IMG/VR virus record: IMGVR_UViG_3300044724_004793
Location: 1 to 64,000 of that record
Length of the DNA: 64,000 nt
Source of the DNA: a virus
Reading direction: 5' to 3' (one strand)
A program made the position numbers and the translations under genes. The notes under the pieces were generated by a model. That model had not been told where the DNA came from and searched no databases. It was given only the letters and a program-made list of their open reading frames with translations. Below are positions 37,405-47,630 of this stretch, in pieces; position 1 is the first letter of the stretch, and every line of letters begins with the position of its first letter.

Positions 37405-38163
37405 ATGGCTGTTGATCTAACATCTCTCAGAAAAGACATACAAGACTACATTTATTTCCGTTTAGGCGGTGATATGGTAGACGTAGAACTTGACCCATCA
37501 CATTATAATATGTGCATTGATCAGGCTGTTAGAAAGTATAGACAAAAAGCACAAGGTGCTACAGAAAGCAGCTATGTTTTCCTTGAGATTGTAGAGGAGC
37601 AGCAGGAGTATATACTGCCAGATGAGATACAAGAAGTACGTCAAGTATTCCGTCGCAGTGTGGGCAGCGGGTCAAGCGATACAGGAACACAGTTCGAACC
37701 ATTTGAAGCAGCCTTTGTAAACACTTACTTGTTACAAGCAGGCCGTGTAGGTGGACAAGCAACATATGAAATGTACTATCAGTATCAGGAATTGAGTGCA
37801 AGGCTGTTTGGTGGGTTTGTAAACTTTGATTGGGACCGTGTAAATAAAAGACTTACACTGCTACGTAAGTTTTCAGCAAGTGGTGAATCTGTAATACTCT
37901 GGTGTTATAATACACGCCCAGATACTACATTACTACAAGATAAAAAAACACAACCTTGGATACAGGATTATAGCCTGGCATTAGCCAAATATACACTAGG
38001 TGAAGCACGTAGTAAGTTCAGTACCATTGCGGGTCCGCAGGGTGGCACTAGCATGAACGGCGACACACTCAAAGCTGAAGCACAGGGCGAAATGCAACAA
38101 TTAGAAGTAGATCTCAGAAATTATGTTGATGGCAGTGATCCACTTAGTTTTATTATTGGTTAA
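37405..38163 (+). CDS. gp13: Neck protein (T4 gp13-like)
   Basis: RLGG.MVDVELD and WIQDYSLALAK..LGEARSKF..I.GP.GG..MNG..L..EA motifs. Confidence 0.88.
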   Translation: MAVDLTSLRKDIQDYIYFRLGGDMVDVELDPSHYNMCIDQAVRKYRQKAQGATESSYVFLEIVEEQQEYILPDEIQEVRQVFRRSVGSGSSDTGTQFEPFEAAFVNTYLLQAGRVGGQATYEMYYQYQELSARLFGGFVNFDWDRVNKRLTLLRKFSASGESVILWCYNTRPDTTLLQDKKTQPWIQDYSLALAKYTLGEARSKFSTIAGPQGGTSMNGDTLKAEAQGEMQQLEVDLRNYVDGSDPLSFIIG

Positions 38164-38191
38164 TTATACAAAATAATGTTATAATTAATAC

Positions 38192-38809
38192 ATGATTATA
38201 GGATTAATTGGATTCATAGGGTCAGGCAAAGGCACTGTAGGCGACATGCTCTCAGAGCAAGGGTTTACGCAGGCTAGTTTTGCACAACCATTAAAAGATG
38301 CTACAGCAAGTATCTTTAATTGGGACCGTGAACTACTAGAAGGCATCACAGATGCTAGCAGAGCCTGGCGAGAACAAGTAGATCCCTGGTGGGAAGAACG
38401 GTTGGGTATACCCGATTTTAGCCCACGACTAGCATTGCAATTAATGGGCACAGAAGTTTTCCGCAATCACTTTCATCAGGATACCTGGATTCTAAGTATG
38501 GAAGCAAAACTTAAAGATACTACAAACGATTTTGTCATAACAGATGCACGGTTTCCTAACGAAATAAACATGATCCGCAATCAAGGTGGCGTTGTGGTGC
38601 GTGTTAAAAGAGGCGACGATCCAGAATGGTTTAGTTTAGCAGAGACTGATATTGATGCAATGCCTCAGGTATATCCAGATATACATGCTAGTGAGTATAG
38701 CTGGTGTAGTGTTACGCCCAATTATCTTATTACAAACGATACCACATTTGCAGATTTAAAAAATACAATTACAGATCTTCTAGCAGATCTCCACGATTCC
38801 AACCAGTAG
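38192..38809 (+). CDS. gp1: Deoxynucleoside monophosphate kinase (T4 gp1-like)
   Basis: IIGLIGFIGSGKGT, SFAQPLKD, PRLALQLMGTE, VITDARFPNE and HASE motifs. Confidence 0.92.
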   Translation: MIIGLIGFIGSGKGTVGDMLSEQGFTQASFAQPLKDATASIFNWDRELLEGITDASRAWREQVDPWWEERLGIPDFSPRLALQLMGTEVFRNHFHQDTWILSMEAKLKDTTNDFVITDARFPNEINMIRNQGGVVVRVKRGDDPEWFSLAETDIDAMPQVYPDIHASEYSWCSVTPNYLITNDTTFADLKNTITDLLADLHDSNQ

Positions 38810-39110
38810 TGCTTACTTCTACATTACAATTTAAGCACAACGTAATTAAATTCTGTATGCTAATGTGTTCACGATTTCCGTCAACATAATAAACTGTCAT
38901 TTGTTCTGGTAATTTAGGATCAAATCCGCAGTTTTCACATTTTGATTTCATTCTATAGCCAGCTAAAAACCACCTAGGAAACTTATTAGTAGGTTGCTTG
39001 TTTTTTTCTTTATTGCATTTTTCACATAGTTTTCTATAATAAATTTTGCCGCTGCGGTGATAATTAACAGCGCACGGGGTAATTCTACATGTCGAACATA
39101 AAGGTCTCAT
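38769..39110 (-). CDS. Zn-finger plus degenerate HNH-fold protein
   Basis: Four CxxC pairs; CENCGF...VYYVDGN...NLITLCLNC. ATG 39110 follows TAAATA on the minus strand. Confidence 0.7.
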   Translation of the reverse strand: MRPLCSTCRITPCAVNYHRSGKIYYRKLCEKCNKEKNKQPTNKFPRWFLAGYRMKSKCENCGFDPKLPEQMTVYYVDGNREHISIQNLITLCLNCNVEVSTTGWNRGDLLEDL

Positions 39111-39228
39111 AGTACTCTTATTTACACGATTTATACGAACCTTTAAAGGGAGTATACTAATAGCCTGTTTTTCAGTACATTTAATAAATACTATTACATA
39201 ACAGACTCTGTTTAAGGATGAAAATATC

Positions 39229-42200
39229 ATGGCATTAGTATCACCAGGCGTCGAAGTTACAGTAGTTGACGAAAGTCAGTACGTACCAGCAGACCAAGGA
39301 ACAGTTGCAAGTATTATTGTTGCAACAGCACAAGACAAAACAACAGGCAGTGGCTCAGGCACTGCCGTCGGAACAACAGCCGCTAACGCAGGCAAAACAT
39401 ATCTCATTGGCAGTCAGAGAGAACTTACCTCTACATTTGGAAACCCAAGTTTTTATACCACAGCAGGAGGTACTCCTATTCATGGATATGAAATTAACGA
39501 ATACGGATTGATGGCAGCACACAGTTTGCTTGGCGTAAGTAACAGAGTATATGTTACTAGAGCCGATGTTGATCTTGGAGAGCTTGTAGCAAGTACAAGT
39601 AGGCCAACAGGTAATCCTGCAGCCGGAACAGTTTGGTTAGATTCAAGTTTAGATAGCCGATGGGGTATTTTTTCCTGGAATGCTAGCACAGGCGCCTTTA
39701 CAAATAAAGTGCCTACTGTTATTACTAGCACATCTGATTTAGACGGTGGTGTACCGAAAACATCAATTGGTGCTATTGGCGATTATGCTATTGTAGGAAC
39801 AAATGTTGCTAATCCAGCATACTACAAAAACCGTAGTAACGCCTGGGTATTGGTTGGTAGCACAGGTTGGCAACAATCATGGCCTACAATTTCAGGCACA
39901 ACTGCTAGTCCAACACTAGTAAACGGTAATACTATTGTTATTAATAGTTCAACTGTTACACTGAGTGGAACAACAGCAAGTGCCCTTGCAAGTAATATTA
40001 ATAGTGCGGGCATTACAGGTGTTACAGCAGCCGCAGTTGATAACAAAGTTGAAATTTATGCTACAAGTTCAGCAGCAAGTGATGGATCAACTACAGATGG
40101 CAAAGTTGTACTTGCTAACGGATCAGGAACAATTTTAAGTCTTTCCGGACTTACTGCAGGAACATATGCGTGTCCATTGGTTCAACAGAGCCAGCACTTT
40201 ACGGTTCCAGAGTGGAAGTCAACAGATACTACACCACGCCCAAGTGGAAGTGTTTGGGTTAAAACTACTGCAAATAATCTTGGTGCAGATCTAGATGTTG
40301 GAGTTTATGATACAACAACACAACAGTTTGCCACTGTTGATGCTCCACTTTATGAAAATGATCAAACCGCTCTTAAGAACTTGGACAGCACAGGCGGCAA
40401 AGCAATTGCAGCGGGCGTTTATTACACACAATTTGATGTTACAGAAAACGACACAGTTACATATAAATTATTCAGTAGATTTGCAACTGGAGTTTTAGAA
40501 GTTACTGGTAACGTTGATGCAGCTACGCCACTTACTGCAAGTGATCAATTTACTATCCAAGCAAGTGCAGCTAATAGCACAACACTTACATCAGCAGCAA
40601 CAGTAACAATTAGTGGTACTTCATTAGCAGATATTGCAAGTGACATTAATGGAGCAAACGTTGCAAACGTAAGTGCAGAAGTAACATCTAGCGGTTTTCT
40701 TAAAATTAAACATGCACTAGGTGGTATGCTTATTTTAAAAGATACAACAGGTACTCCGTTAACGGATGCAGGCATTGTTACAGCAATTACTACTGGACAA
40801 GTTCGTGCAGGTAATAGCAGTGACTTAATTGTAAGTAACTGGGTTGCTCCAACTTACACAATTAGCACAAGTTCACCAAGTTCTGATCCAGCAGACCAGC
40901 GTTATTGGTATCATGGAGGGCTTGATGTCGATATTATGATTCATGATGGGGGCACTTGGAAAGGTTATCAAAACGTAACCAGTGATGCACGTGGACACAA
41001 TCTTAGTAATACGAGTCCAAATGGTGTAATTATTAGCGCAACGGAGCCACTTACTCAAAGCGACGAAACAACTGTTGTGGTAGGTGATCTTTGGTTAGAT
41101 TCAAGTGATCTCGACAACTACCCAAAAATTTATCGTTACGAAACAGTAGACAGCGAAAACGTATGGGTACTAATTGATAACACAGATCAAAACACAGAAA
41201 ATGGTATTCTGTTTGCTGATGCACGGTTTATAGGCGATACAACAACTGACGTTGTTACAGGAACAATTCCAACAACTAAGACATTGCTAACAAGTGATGT
41301 TGTTGATATTGACCGTCCAGACCCAGCAATTTATCCACGTGGTATGCTACTGTTTAATACACGCCGTAGTTCCTATACTGTTAAACAATTCCGTAGCAAT
41401 TACTTTAGTCGTACAAACTTTAGTGATACTACACTGTATCCAACACTTCCTACAGAGAAGGATGCATGGGTAACAGCAAGTGGTAACAAAAATGATGGAT
41501 CACCCTACATGGGACGCAAGGCTGTACGATCAGTTGTTTCAGCAGCAATGAAGTCAGCTATTGATGCTAGTGAAGAACTACGTGAAGACAGCAGAGACTT
41601 CAACGTTATTGCAGCGCCTGGATATCCAGAGCTAATTGCTAATATGGTAAGTCTAAACAACGACAGACGTAATACAGCATTTGTTGTAGGTGACACACCA
41701 ATGCGTCTAGCAGCTATTGGCAGTACACTACAAAATTGGGCAACCAATGCTAACAGTGCAAGTGATAATGGCGATGATGGATTAACAACTACTGATCCAT
41801 TCCTCGGTGTGTTCTACCCCGCTGGTCAAACAACAGATCTAAGCGGTTCAACAATTACTGTTCCAGCAAGTCATATGATTCTACGTACTATTGCACGTAG
41901 CGATGATCAGAGCTTCCAATGGTTTGCTCCAGCTGGTACACGCAGAGGCCTTGTTGACAACGTTGGTAGCATTGGGTACATTAATAGTGCAACTGGCGAG
42001 TTTGTTACAGATAACGTTCGGGAATCACTACGTGACACGCTATACACTAACAATATTAATCCAATTACATTCTTTAATGGTGTTGGCATTCTTAACTATG
42101 GTAACAAAACAAATGCAGCATCTACTAGTGCATTAGATCGGATCAACGTTTCAAGATTGATTGCATACCTACGCAAGACTTTACAGCGTACAGCAGTTGG

Positions 42201-42477
42201 CTTTGTGTTCGAACCTAATGACAAGATCACAAGAGACGAACTAAAACAACTACTTGAACAGTTAATGAATGATCTTGTTGCAAAGCGTGGCATTTACGAT
42301 TACATAGTTGTTTGTGACGAGAGCAATAATACAAATGACAGAATTGATCGTAACGAATTGTATGTTGATATTGCTATTGAACCTACCAAGGCTGCGGAAT
42401 TTATCTTTATTCCAATTAGACTTAAGAACACTGGTGAGATTGCAAGTGGCAACGTAGCCGCCTCACAGAGTGTTTAA
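39229..42477 (+). CDS. gp18: Tail sheath protein (T4 gp18), enlarged to 1082 aa
   Basis: MALVSPGVEVTVVDES, WFAPAGTRRG, INPI, LDRINVSRL, FVFEPND and DIAIEPTKAAEFIFIP motifs. Confidence 0.96.
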   Translation: MALVSPGVEVTVVDESQYVPADQGTVASIIVATAQDKTTGSGSGTAVGTTAANAGKTYLIGSQRELTSTFGNPSFYTTAGGTPIHGYEINEYGLMAAHSLLGVSNRVYVTRADVDLGELVASTSRPTGNPAAGTVWLDSSLDSRWGIFSWNASTGAFTNKVPTVITSTSDLDGGVPKTSIGAIGDYAIVGTNVANPAYYKNRSNAWVLVGSTGWQQSWPTISGTTASPTLVNGNTIVINSSTVTLSGTTASALASNINSAGITGVTAAAVDNKVEIYATSSAASDGSTTDGKVVLANGSGTILSLSGLTAGTYACPLVQQSQHFTVPEWKSTDTTPRPSGSVWVKTTANNLGADLDVGVYDTTTQQFATVDAPLYENDQTALKNLDSTGGKAIAAGVYYTQFDVTENDTVTYKLFSRFATGVLEVTGNVDAATPLTASDQFTIQASAANSTTLTSAATVTISGTSLADIASDINGANVANVSAEVTSSGFLKIKHALGGMLILKDTTGTPLTDAGIVTAITTGQVRAGNSSDLIVSNWVAPTYTISTSSPSSDPADQRYWYHGGLDVDIMIHDGGTWKGYQNVTSDARGHNLSNTSPNGVIISATEPLTQSDETTVVVGDLWLDSSDLDNYPKIYRYETVDSENVWVLIDNTDQNTENGILFADARFIGDTTTDVVTGTIPTTKTLLTSDVVDIDRPDPAIYPRGMLLFNTRRSSYTVKQFRSNYFSRTNFSDTTLYPTLPTEKDAWVTASGNKNDGSPYMGRKAVRSVVSAAMKSAIDASEELREDSRDFNVIAAPGYPELIANMVSLNNDRRNTAFVVGDTPMRLAAIGSTLQNWATNANSASDNGDDGLTTTDPFLGVFYPAGQTTDLSGSTITVPASHMILRTIARSDDQSFQWFAPAGTRRGLVDNVGSIGYINSATGEFVTDNVRESLRDTLYTNNINPITFFNGVGILNYGNKTNAASTSALDRINVSRLIAYLRKTLQRTAVGFVFEPNDKITRDELKQLLEQLMNDLVAKRGIYDYIVVCDESNNTNDRIDRNELYVDIAIEPTKAAEFIFIPIRLKNTGEIASGNVAASQSV

Positions 42478-42498
42478 AGCACATAGAAAATAGAAAAT

Positions 42499-42530
42499 AA
42501 TGGGGGATCTGTAATAGACCCCCCATTTTT
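42499..42530 (+). terminator. Intrinsic terminator after the sheath gene
   Basis: AATGGGGG-A-TCT-gtaat-AGA-C-CCCCCATT-TTT. Confidence 0.75.
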
Positions 42531-42577
42531 CTTGAGCAAATATAGATAAATATTATTATAAAAGGGAGATACGACAG

Positions 42578-43195
42578 ATGTCAGTTTCATCACTAACAAA
42601 ATTTACTGTGCCATTAGACAGTGATCAGTCAGCTAACGCACAGGGCTTGCTTATGCCCAAACTTAAATATAGATTCCGTGCATTATTTGAAAATCTTGGC
42701 GTATCTACTCCACGGACGGAACTAACTAAACAAGTAATGGATATTACTCGACCCAGCGTTACGTTTGAAGAAATGGAAATTCCAGTTTACAACTCACGTG
42801 TTTATCTTTCAGGCAAACATAGTTGGGATATGGTTACAGTTAACTTCCGCGATGATGTAAACGGCGCTGTAAGTAGATTACTAGGCGAGCAAGTTCAAAA
42901 GCAATTTGACGTTTTAGAACAATCTAGTGCTGCATCAGGTATTGACTACAAATTTATTACACGTTTTGAAATCTTAGACGGCGGCAACGGAGCAAGTGTT
43001 GCTAATGTGCTTGAAACCTGGGAACTATACGGATGCTTCTTGCAGAACGTGAACTACAATGATTTAAACTATGCATCAAATGAGCCTGTAACAATTACAG
43101 CATCTATCCGCTTTGATAATGCAGTGCAAACGCCAATCGGAGACGGCGTTGGTGCAACAGTGGCCAGAAGTATTGGCTCAGTTGTAACTGGTTAA
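42578..43195 (+). CDS. gp19: Tail tube protein (T4 gp19-like)
   Basis: PKLKYRFR, YLSGKHSW..VTVNFRDD and WELYGCF...Y.DLNY...I..D motifs; follows the sheath. Confidence 0.88.
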   Translation: MSVSSLTKFTVPLDSDQSANAQGLLMPKLKYRFRALFENLGVSTPRTELTKQVMDITRPSVTFEEMEIPVYNSRVYLSGKHSWDMVTVNFRDDVNGAVSRLLGEQVQKQFDVLEQSSAASGIDYKFITRFEILDGGNGASVANVLETWELYGCFLQNVNYNDLNYASNEPVTITASIRFDNAVQTPIGDGVGATVARSIGSVVTG

Positions 43196-43212
43196 CTACT
43201 AAATTTATTAAG

Positions 43213-43241
43213 AAAGCCCCCAAGATTTTGGGGGTTTTTTT
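43213..43241 (+). terminator. Intrinsic terminator after the tube gene
   Basis: AAAGCCCCCAA-gatt-TTGGGGG followed by T7. Confidence 0.85.
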
Positions 43242-43270
43242 ATGGATAAATACTGTATAGGAGAATTGGT

Positions 43271-44638
43271 TTGGCCAGTGTTAACACATTACTGAATTCA
43301 CTTGCAAAAGGCGATCAGATTAAAGATTTTCAGCATGCTTCAAGGCTGTTTGTAGACAATAACTATGAACTACAGCCTAGGCACCAGCACCTATTTGCTG
43401 TAGTTTTTAACTTCACACCTGATGCCGCCCGCCTCTTTAACAGTGTGGAGAAGATGGAAATACCAATGTTGGTAAAGACTATAGATTTGCCAGGATTTAG
43501 TATCCAAACTGAAACACACAATCAATACAATAAGCAGACGCATAGTCAACATAAGATTAATTATAGCCCTGTAAATATTGCATTTCATGATGACCAAAGA
43601 GATCTTATAAGAAGTTTTTTACACACCTATCAAAATTTTTATTATAAAGACAGTAGCCACGCCTTGGGCAGTGGCATTTATAATACTGAAAACAAATACA
43701 GTGGTTATCAGAACGGCCAATGGGGTTTTAGTCAGGGCAACACAAGATTCTTTAAAGATATTAGAGTATACTCTATGTATCAAAAACGTTTTGCAGAATA
43801 CACACTTATAAATCCTATCGTAACTAATATCGGGCATGATAGTCATGCATATGCCAGTGGCGGGTTAATGCAACATACTATGAGTTTTGCTTACGAAGCA
43901 GTAAAATATAGCACAGGGTTTGTTAATAACATTAATCCAAAGGGATTTGGTGAGATACATTATGATAAAACACCAAGTCCTCTGGGCACTGCTGGTGGAT
44001 TATTAGATGATACTGTATTATTCCAAGGGGGATTGCTGGATACAGCAGGTAGTATAGCTCGAGATTTATTTGACGGAAATTTGCTTGGCGCAGTAATAAA
44101 AGGCGGGGTTATTTTCAACGAGGCAAGGGATATAGATTTAGGTGATGTGCTAGAAAAAGATGGCACACGCATATTAGGTAGTATTCTCAGAGGAGAAAAT
44201 CCGTTGAACGATATTATTATTCCTACTACACAAGGCAGTCGAACACTTGGCGGCACTCCACCTAATAGAGGTTCAGTTGATAGGAATACTAATCCTTCTC
44301 CAAGCACAGTAACAAGCAATGGTGTCAGTGTGTTAAATAATGTATTTCGTACTCCTGGTATTAATCCAAATACACCAATAGGATCCAATCGTGCTGTGCC
44401 AAATCGCACAGGCACAAGGGCTACTCCTAACAATATTGGTGATATTCTTACAAATTTCTTTACAGGCGGAAGTAATGCAAATCAAAAGGCTACTAAAGTG
44501 CAGCAATTGGAACAAAGATTGGCTCAGCTGAATAGCCAAATAGCCAATCCCCCACCAGGCGGTGTCCCTACATTTATTATTAAAGAAAGAGATGATCTAA
44601 AATCACGAATTGATTTAGAATTTGGAATAGGTTTATAA
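43271..44638 (+). CDS. Tail-tube-like baseplate initiator (gp54/gp48-like) with a P/N/T-rich tail
   Basis: VKTIDLP, NQYN, INYSPVNIAFHDD, YTLINPIV and FAYEAV tube-fold motifs. Confidence 0.65.
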   Translation: MASVNTLLNSLAKGDQIKDFQHASRLFVDNNYELQPRHQHLFAVVFNFTPDAARLFNSVEKMEIPMLVKTIDLPGFSIQTETHNQYNKQTHSQHKINYSPVNIAFHDDQRDLIRSFLHTYQNFYYKDSSHALGSGIYNTENKYSGYQNGQWGFSQGNTRFFKDIRVYSMYQKRFAEYTLINPIVTNIGHDSHAYASGGLMQHTMSFAYEAVKYSTGFVNNINPKGFGEIHYDKTPSPLGTAGGLLDDTVLFQGGLLDTAGSIARDLFDGNLLGAVIKGGVIFNEARDIDLGDVLEKDGTRILGSILRGENPLNDIIIPTTQGSRTLGGTPPNRGSVDRNTNPSPSTVTSNGVSVLNNVFRTPGINPNTPIGSNRAVPNRTGTRATPNNIGDILTNFFTGGSNANQKATKVQQLEQRLAQLNSQIANPPPGGVPTFIIKERDDLKSRIDLEFGIGL

Positions 44639-45012
44639 TGGCAATAGATACAAGCACAGAACTAGTAGATCCTAATACAAGTATAGATGACTATGTAACC
44701 CAATACTTCCAAGAGTACTTTGGCCAAAAACATGTAGTAGACCAAAACGACTTTGAATTAGTAAAAAGTTTTTTTCAAGCAAGAACAGACAACCCTAATA
44801 ACCCAAGTGTGGGCGCAAACACAGTAGCAGTGCTTCTGGCTGCTGATCAACTTAAAGTATACCCAAGTGATATTATACAACGAATAGATACAGCAGATTA
44901 CAAGAAAACTTTCTCATTAATATTAAACTTAACTAGACAGGGCGTTAGCTTAATAGGATATGAACAACCCAAAACAACATCTATAGAAAACAGTAGACAG
45001 GTAATAGCGTAA
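44638..45012 (+). CDS. Hypothetical protein
   Basis: Translationally coupled between tail gene and gp4; LN..R...S.IGY motif. Confidence 0.7.
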   Translation: MAIDTSTELVDPNTSIDDYVTQYFQEYFGQKHVVDQNDFELVKSFFQARTDNPNNPSVGANTVAVLLAADQLKVYPSDIIQRIDTADYKKTFSLILNLTRQGVSLIGYEQPKTTSIENSRQVIA

Positions 45013-45446
45013 TGCGTTGGGCCAATGGCTTGTATGAGATGGCAAATCCTACCAAGTATGCTGGTAATCGCAAACCCAGGTATCGCAGTAGTTGGGAACA
45101 TGCTTTTATGCGCTTTTGTGATAACCATCCAAGCGTAATGAGTTGGGCAAGCGAAAGTATTAAGATACCATATCGTAATCCACTAACAGGCAAACAGAGT
45201 GTTTACGTGCCTGACTTTTTTATAATGTATCAGAACAGCAATGGCAAAAAACGTGCAGAGCTAATAGAGATAAAGCCAGAGAGTCAGACCAGATTAGGCG
45301 CAAAGACAAGTCAACACGACAAACTTGCTATTGCAATCAACCATGCAAAGTGGGAAGCCGCAGCAAAATGGTGCAAGCTCAAAGGCGTGCAGTTTAGAAT
45401 AGTTACTGAAAGTGATATCTTTCATCAGGGTAAAAAGCGCAGATAA
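45012..45446 (+). CDS. gp4: Head completion nuclease (T4 gp4-like, TnsA-type)
   Basis: NPTKY.G, YRSSWE..FM..CD, WASE...IPY, YVPDF, IEIKP and N.AKWEAA motifs. Confidence 0.9.
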   Translation: MRWANGLYEMANPTKYAGNRKPRYRSSWEHAFMRFCDNHPSVMSWASESIKIPYRNPLTGKQSVYVPDFFIMYQNSNGKKRAELIEIKPESQTRLGAKTSQHDKLAIAINHAKWEAAAKWCKLKGVQFRIVTESDIFHQGKKRR

Positions 45447-45454
45447 GTATTCGT

Positions 45455-45943
45455 ATGACAAAAAAATTAGAATCACTTTTTGACCTTGATGATGCTGCTC
45501 CTGATGTAGATACTGAAGAAGCAGTTGAAGCAGTACAGGCTATTACAGCAAGTGCACCAGATCTTACCACAGCATTGGAAGCAGTGGACAAAATTGATGC
45601 GGCGTTGCCAATGATACGTGACTTGGAAACAAGTGACACTGAACTAGACGATATTGCTAACACCGCACGTAATACATTTCAAGATCTAATGGACCTGGGT
45701 ATGAATGTAGAAGCACGTTTTGCAGGTGAAATTTTTAACAATGCTAGTAAGATGCTGGACACTGCACTCAGTGCCAAGAACAACAAGATAAACAAAAAGC
45801 TGAAAATGATTGATCTACAGCTAAAGAAGGCACAATTAGACCTCAAAAAGAAGCAGGCGGGCGAGCATGATGTTGAGGAAACTGAGGGTGTTGTAATGGA
45901 TCGTAACCAGCTTCTTATGGAAATTTTAGGCAAAGAAGCATAA
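45455..45943 (+). CDS. gp16: Probable terminase small subunit (gp16-like)
   Basis: Helical; LMDLGMNVEARFAGEIF..A..ML motif and C-terminal DRNQLL; position after gp4. Confidence 0.6.
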   Translation: MTKKLESLFDLDDAAPDVDTEEAVEAVQAITASAPDLTTALEAVDKIDAALPMIRDLETSDTELDDIANTARNTFQDLMDLGMNVEARFAGEIFNNASKMLDTALSAKNNKINKKLKMIDLQLKKAQLDLKKKQAGEHDVEETEGVVMDRNQLLMEILGKEA

Positions 45944-45964
45944 ATATATTATAGGATGATAACT

Positions 45965-46465
45965 ATGAAGACGTTTACAGATTACCTCATTGAGAACGAA
46001 CAAGAATACACATTCCGTATTAAAATTGCATGTGAGTGCGATGATGATATGCTTGACAATATGGAAACTGCCCTTGAGAAATGGGACCTTAAAAGTCTTA
46101 GTAAACCCAAGCGTACCCCAATTCAGGAGCATCCCATGGACTTCCAAACATTGCAAAATGTAGAAGTTAACATTATGGATGCAGTACTACAATATCCTGC
46201 CACAGCAGATCAGATTTACCAGTATGTAAGTGAAACAGTGGGCATTCCACTAAGTCATATGGTTGTTATCAACAAAGATCATCCTGAAGAGATTGCTAGA
46301 GAAGAGTCCCTAAAAGAGGAAGACGAAGAGTATGTCGTCAAACTAGAAGACAGCGAATACAAAGACGCTGGTGATGTTAAAGTTGATGACAACTTTGGCG
46401 ACAAATACAACGAAAATATGTTGAAAGATTTAGAGACTCGCAAATACGAGTTTGCAAAGGAATAG
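45965..46465 (+). CDS. Head-associated protein with a capsid-targeting-like N-terminus
   Basis: MKTFTDYLIE; late promoter at 45941. Confidence 0.7.
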   Translation: MKTFTDYLIENEQEYTFRIKIACECDDDMLDNMETALEKWDLKSLSKPKRTPIQEHPMDFQTLQNVEVNIMDAVLQYPATADQIYQYVSETVGIPLSHMVVINKDHPEEIAREESLKEEDEEYVVKLEDSEYKDAGDVKVDDNFGDKYNENMLKDLETRKYEFAKE

Positions 46466-46469
46466 AATA

Positions 46470-47630
46470 ATGCACATGATTGACGTAATGGCAAAACTGA
46501 AAGATATTGCAGAAAGCGGATACGACAACGAAGATATCCAGCGTGGCATTGATGCCGCAGCTACACAAGTATTTGCGGAAGAAGAAGCAGTTGCTGAAGA
46601 AGAACTTTCAGAAAAACGTGGCAGTAAAAAAAGAAGCATGCAAAAAAATGATGTTGCTAACGACAAAGAGCCAGTTGAAGAGGAAGAAGAAGTAGTTGAA
46701 GAAGGCTACTACGAAATGCCTCCCATGGATAGAGAGCGTTACACAGATATACCAGGTCTGGAAGGCCCATTTACAACACGCTCAGGCAAAGTTGTTTACT
46801 ATGATCCCAAAGAAGGCAAGTATTACGATAGAGATTCCGATATGTATCTTAGTTATGAAGAGTTTAAGGATTATGATCAAAGTAGACCAGAAGACTTTAA
46901 GATTACCAAGATGGAATTGCCCAAAAGTATGGAAAAAGAGAGTGTTGAAGAAGTGCATGAAGATGTAGAAGAAGACACCAGCTTGGATGATATGCTTAAA
47001 CTTGCAGGTCGCAGCGGTGTAATGGGACTTAGCCAGAACAACATCATTGCTGAAAGCCTAGAGCTTGACGAAGAAGATGAAGTAGAAGTTCGTGAAGACA
47101 CTCAGGAAAATGAGGTCAAGCGTGTTATTGCTAAGATACTTGGCAGATATCGTCCTCTAACTTATGATGATTTTGATAACGAAGATCTAAACTCTGCTTT
47201 ATATGATTTCTTTAGTAACAGTGGCGAAATACCATATGATGTTGTAACAAGTGGTGATCCTAATGAATGGATTTTTGATAAACTAAACAGTCTAGGTATG
47301 ACAGAAGATTTACAAGAAGAAGCAGTGGAGGAAACTGTAGCAGTTCCTGTACAAGCACTTGAAGAACTAATGCGTCTAGCAGGTTATGAGAACTACGAAG
47401 CAAAGATCAACGAGTATGAAAACGATCCTGAAGTAGAGTATATGGACGTTGAGGATCAAATGATTGGTCTCAGTGGTGGACTTAATGGTCCTAAGAAAGC
47501 ATATGCAGCCGCGGCAGGTGGTGACAATGCTATGGCACAGGAACCAACAGAAGTTGATGAGAGTTTAGAAGAATCATTTTACTCAGAGTATAGTAAGATG
47601 GTAGAAGATCTTAGATCAGAAGATGATTAA
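46470..47630 (+). CDS. Acidic head-associated hypothetical protein
   Basis: E/D-rich; GLEGPF..RSGKVVYYDPKEGKYYD.DSDMY module; LAG helices; SGGLNGPK motif. Confidence 0.7.
   Translation: MHMIDVMAKLKDIAESGYDNEDIQRGIDAAATQVFAEEEAVAEEELSEKRGSKKRSMQKNDVANDKEPVEEEEEVVEEGYYEMPPMDRERYTDIPGLEGPFTTRSGKVVYYDPKEGKYYDRDSDMYLSYEEFKDYDQSRPEDFKITKMELPKSMEKESVEEVHEDVEEDTSLDDMLKLAGRSGVMGLSQNNIIAESLELDEEDEVEVREDTQENEVKRVIAKILGRYRPLTYDDFDNEDLNSALYDFFSNSGEIPYDVVTSGDPNEWIFDKLNSLGMTEDLQEEAVEETVAVPVQALEELMRLAGYENYEAKINEYENDPEVEYMDVEDQMIGLSGGLNGPKKAYAAAAGGDNAMAQEPTEVDESLEESFYSEYSKMVEDLRSEDD

Noticed and set aside
45012-45446. Tn7-like transposon suggested by the TnsA-type nuclease
   Set aside because: Matches the T4 gp4 head-completion protein in a morphogenesis context; no TnsB/TnsC or terminal repeats.
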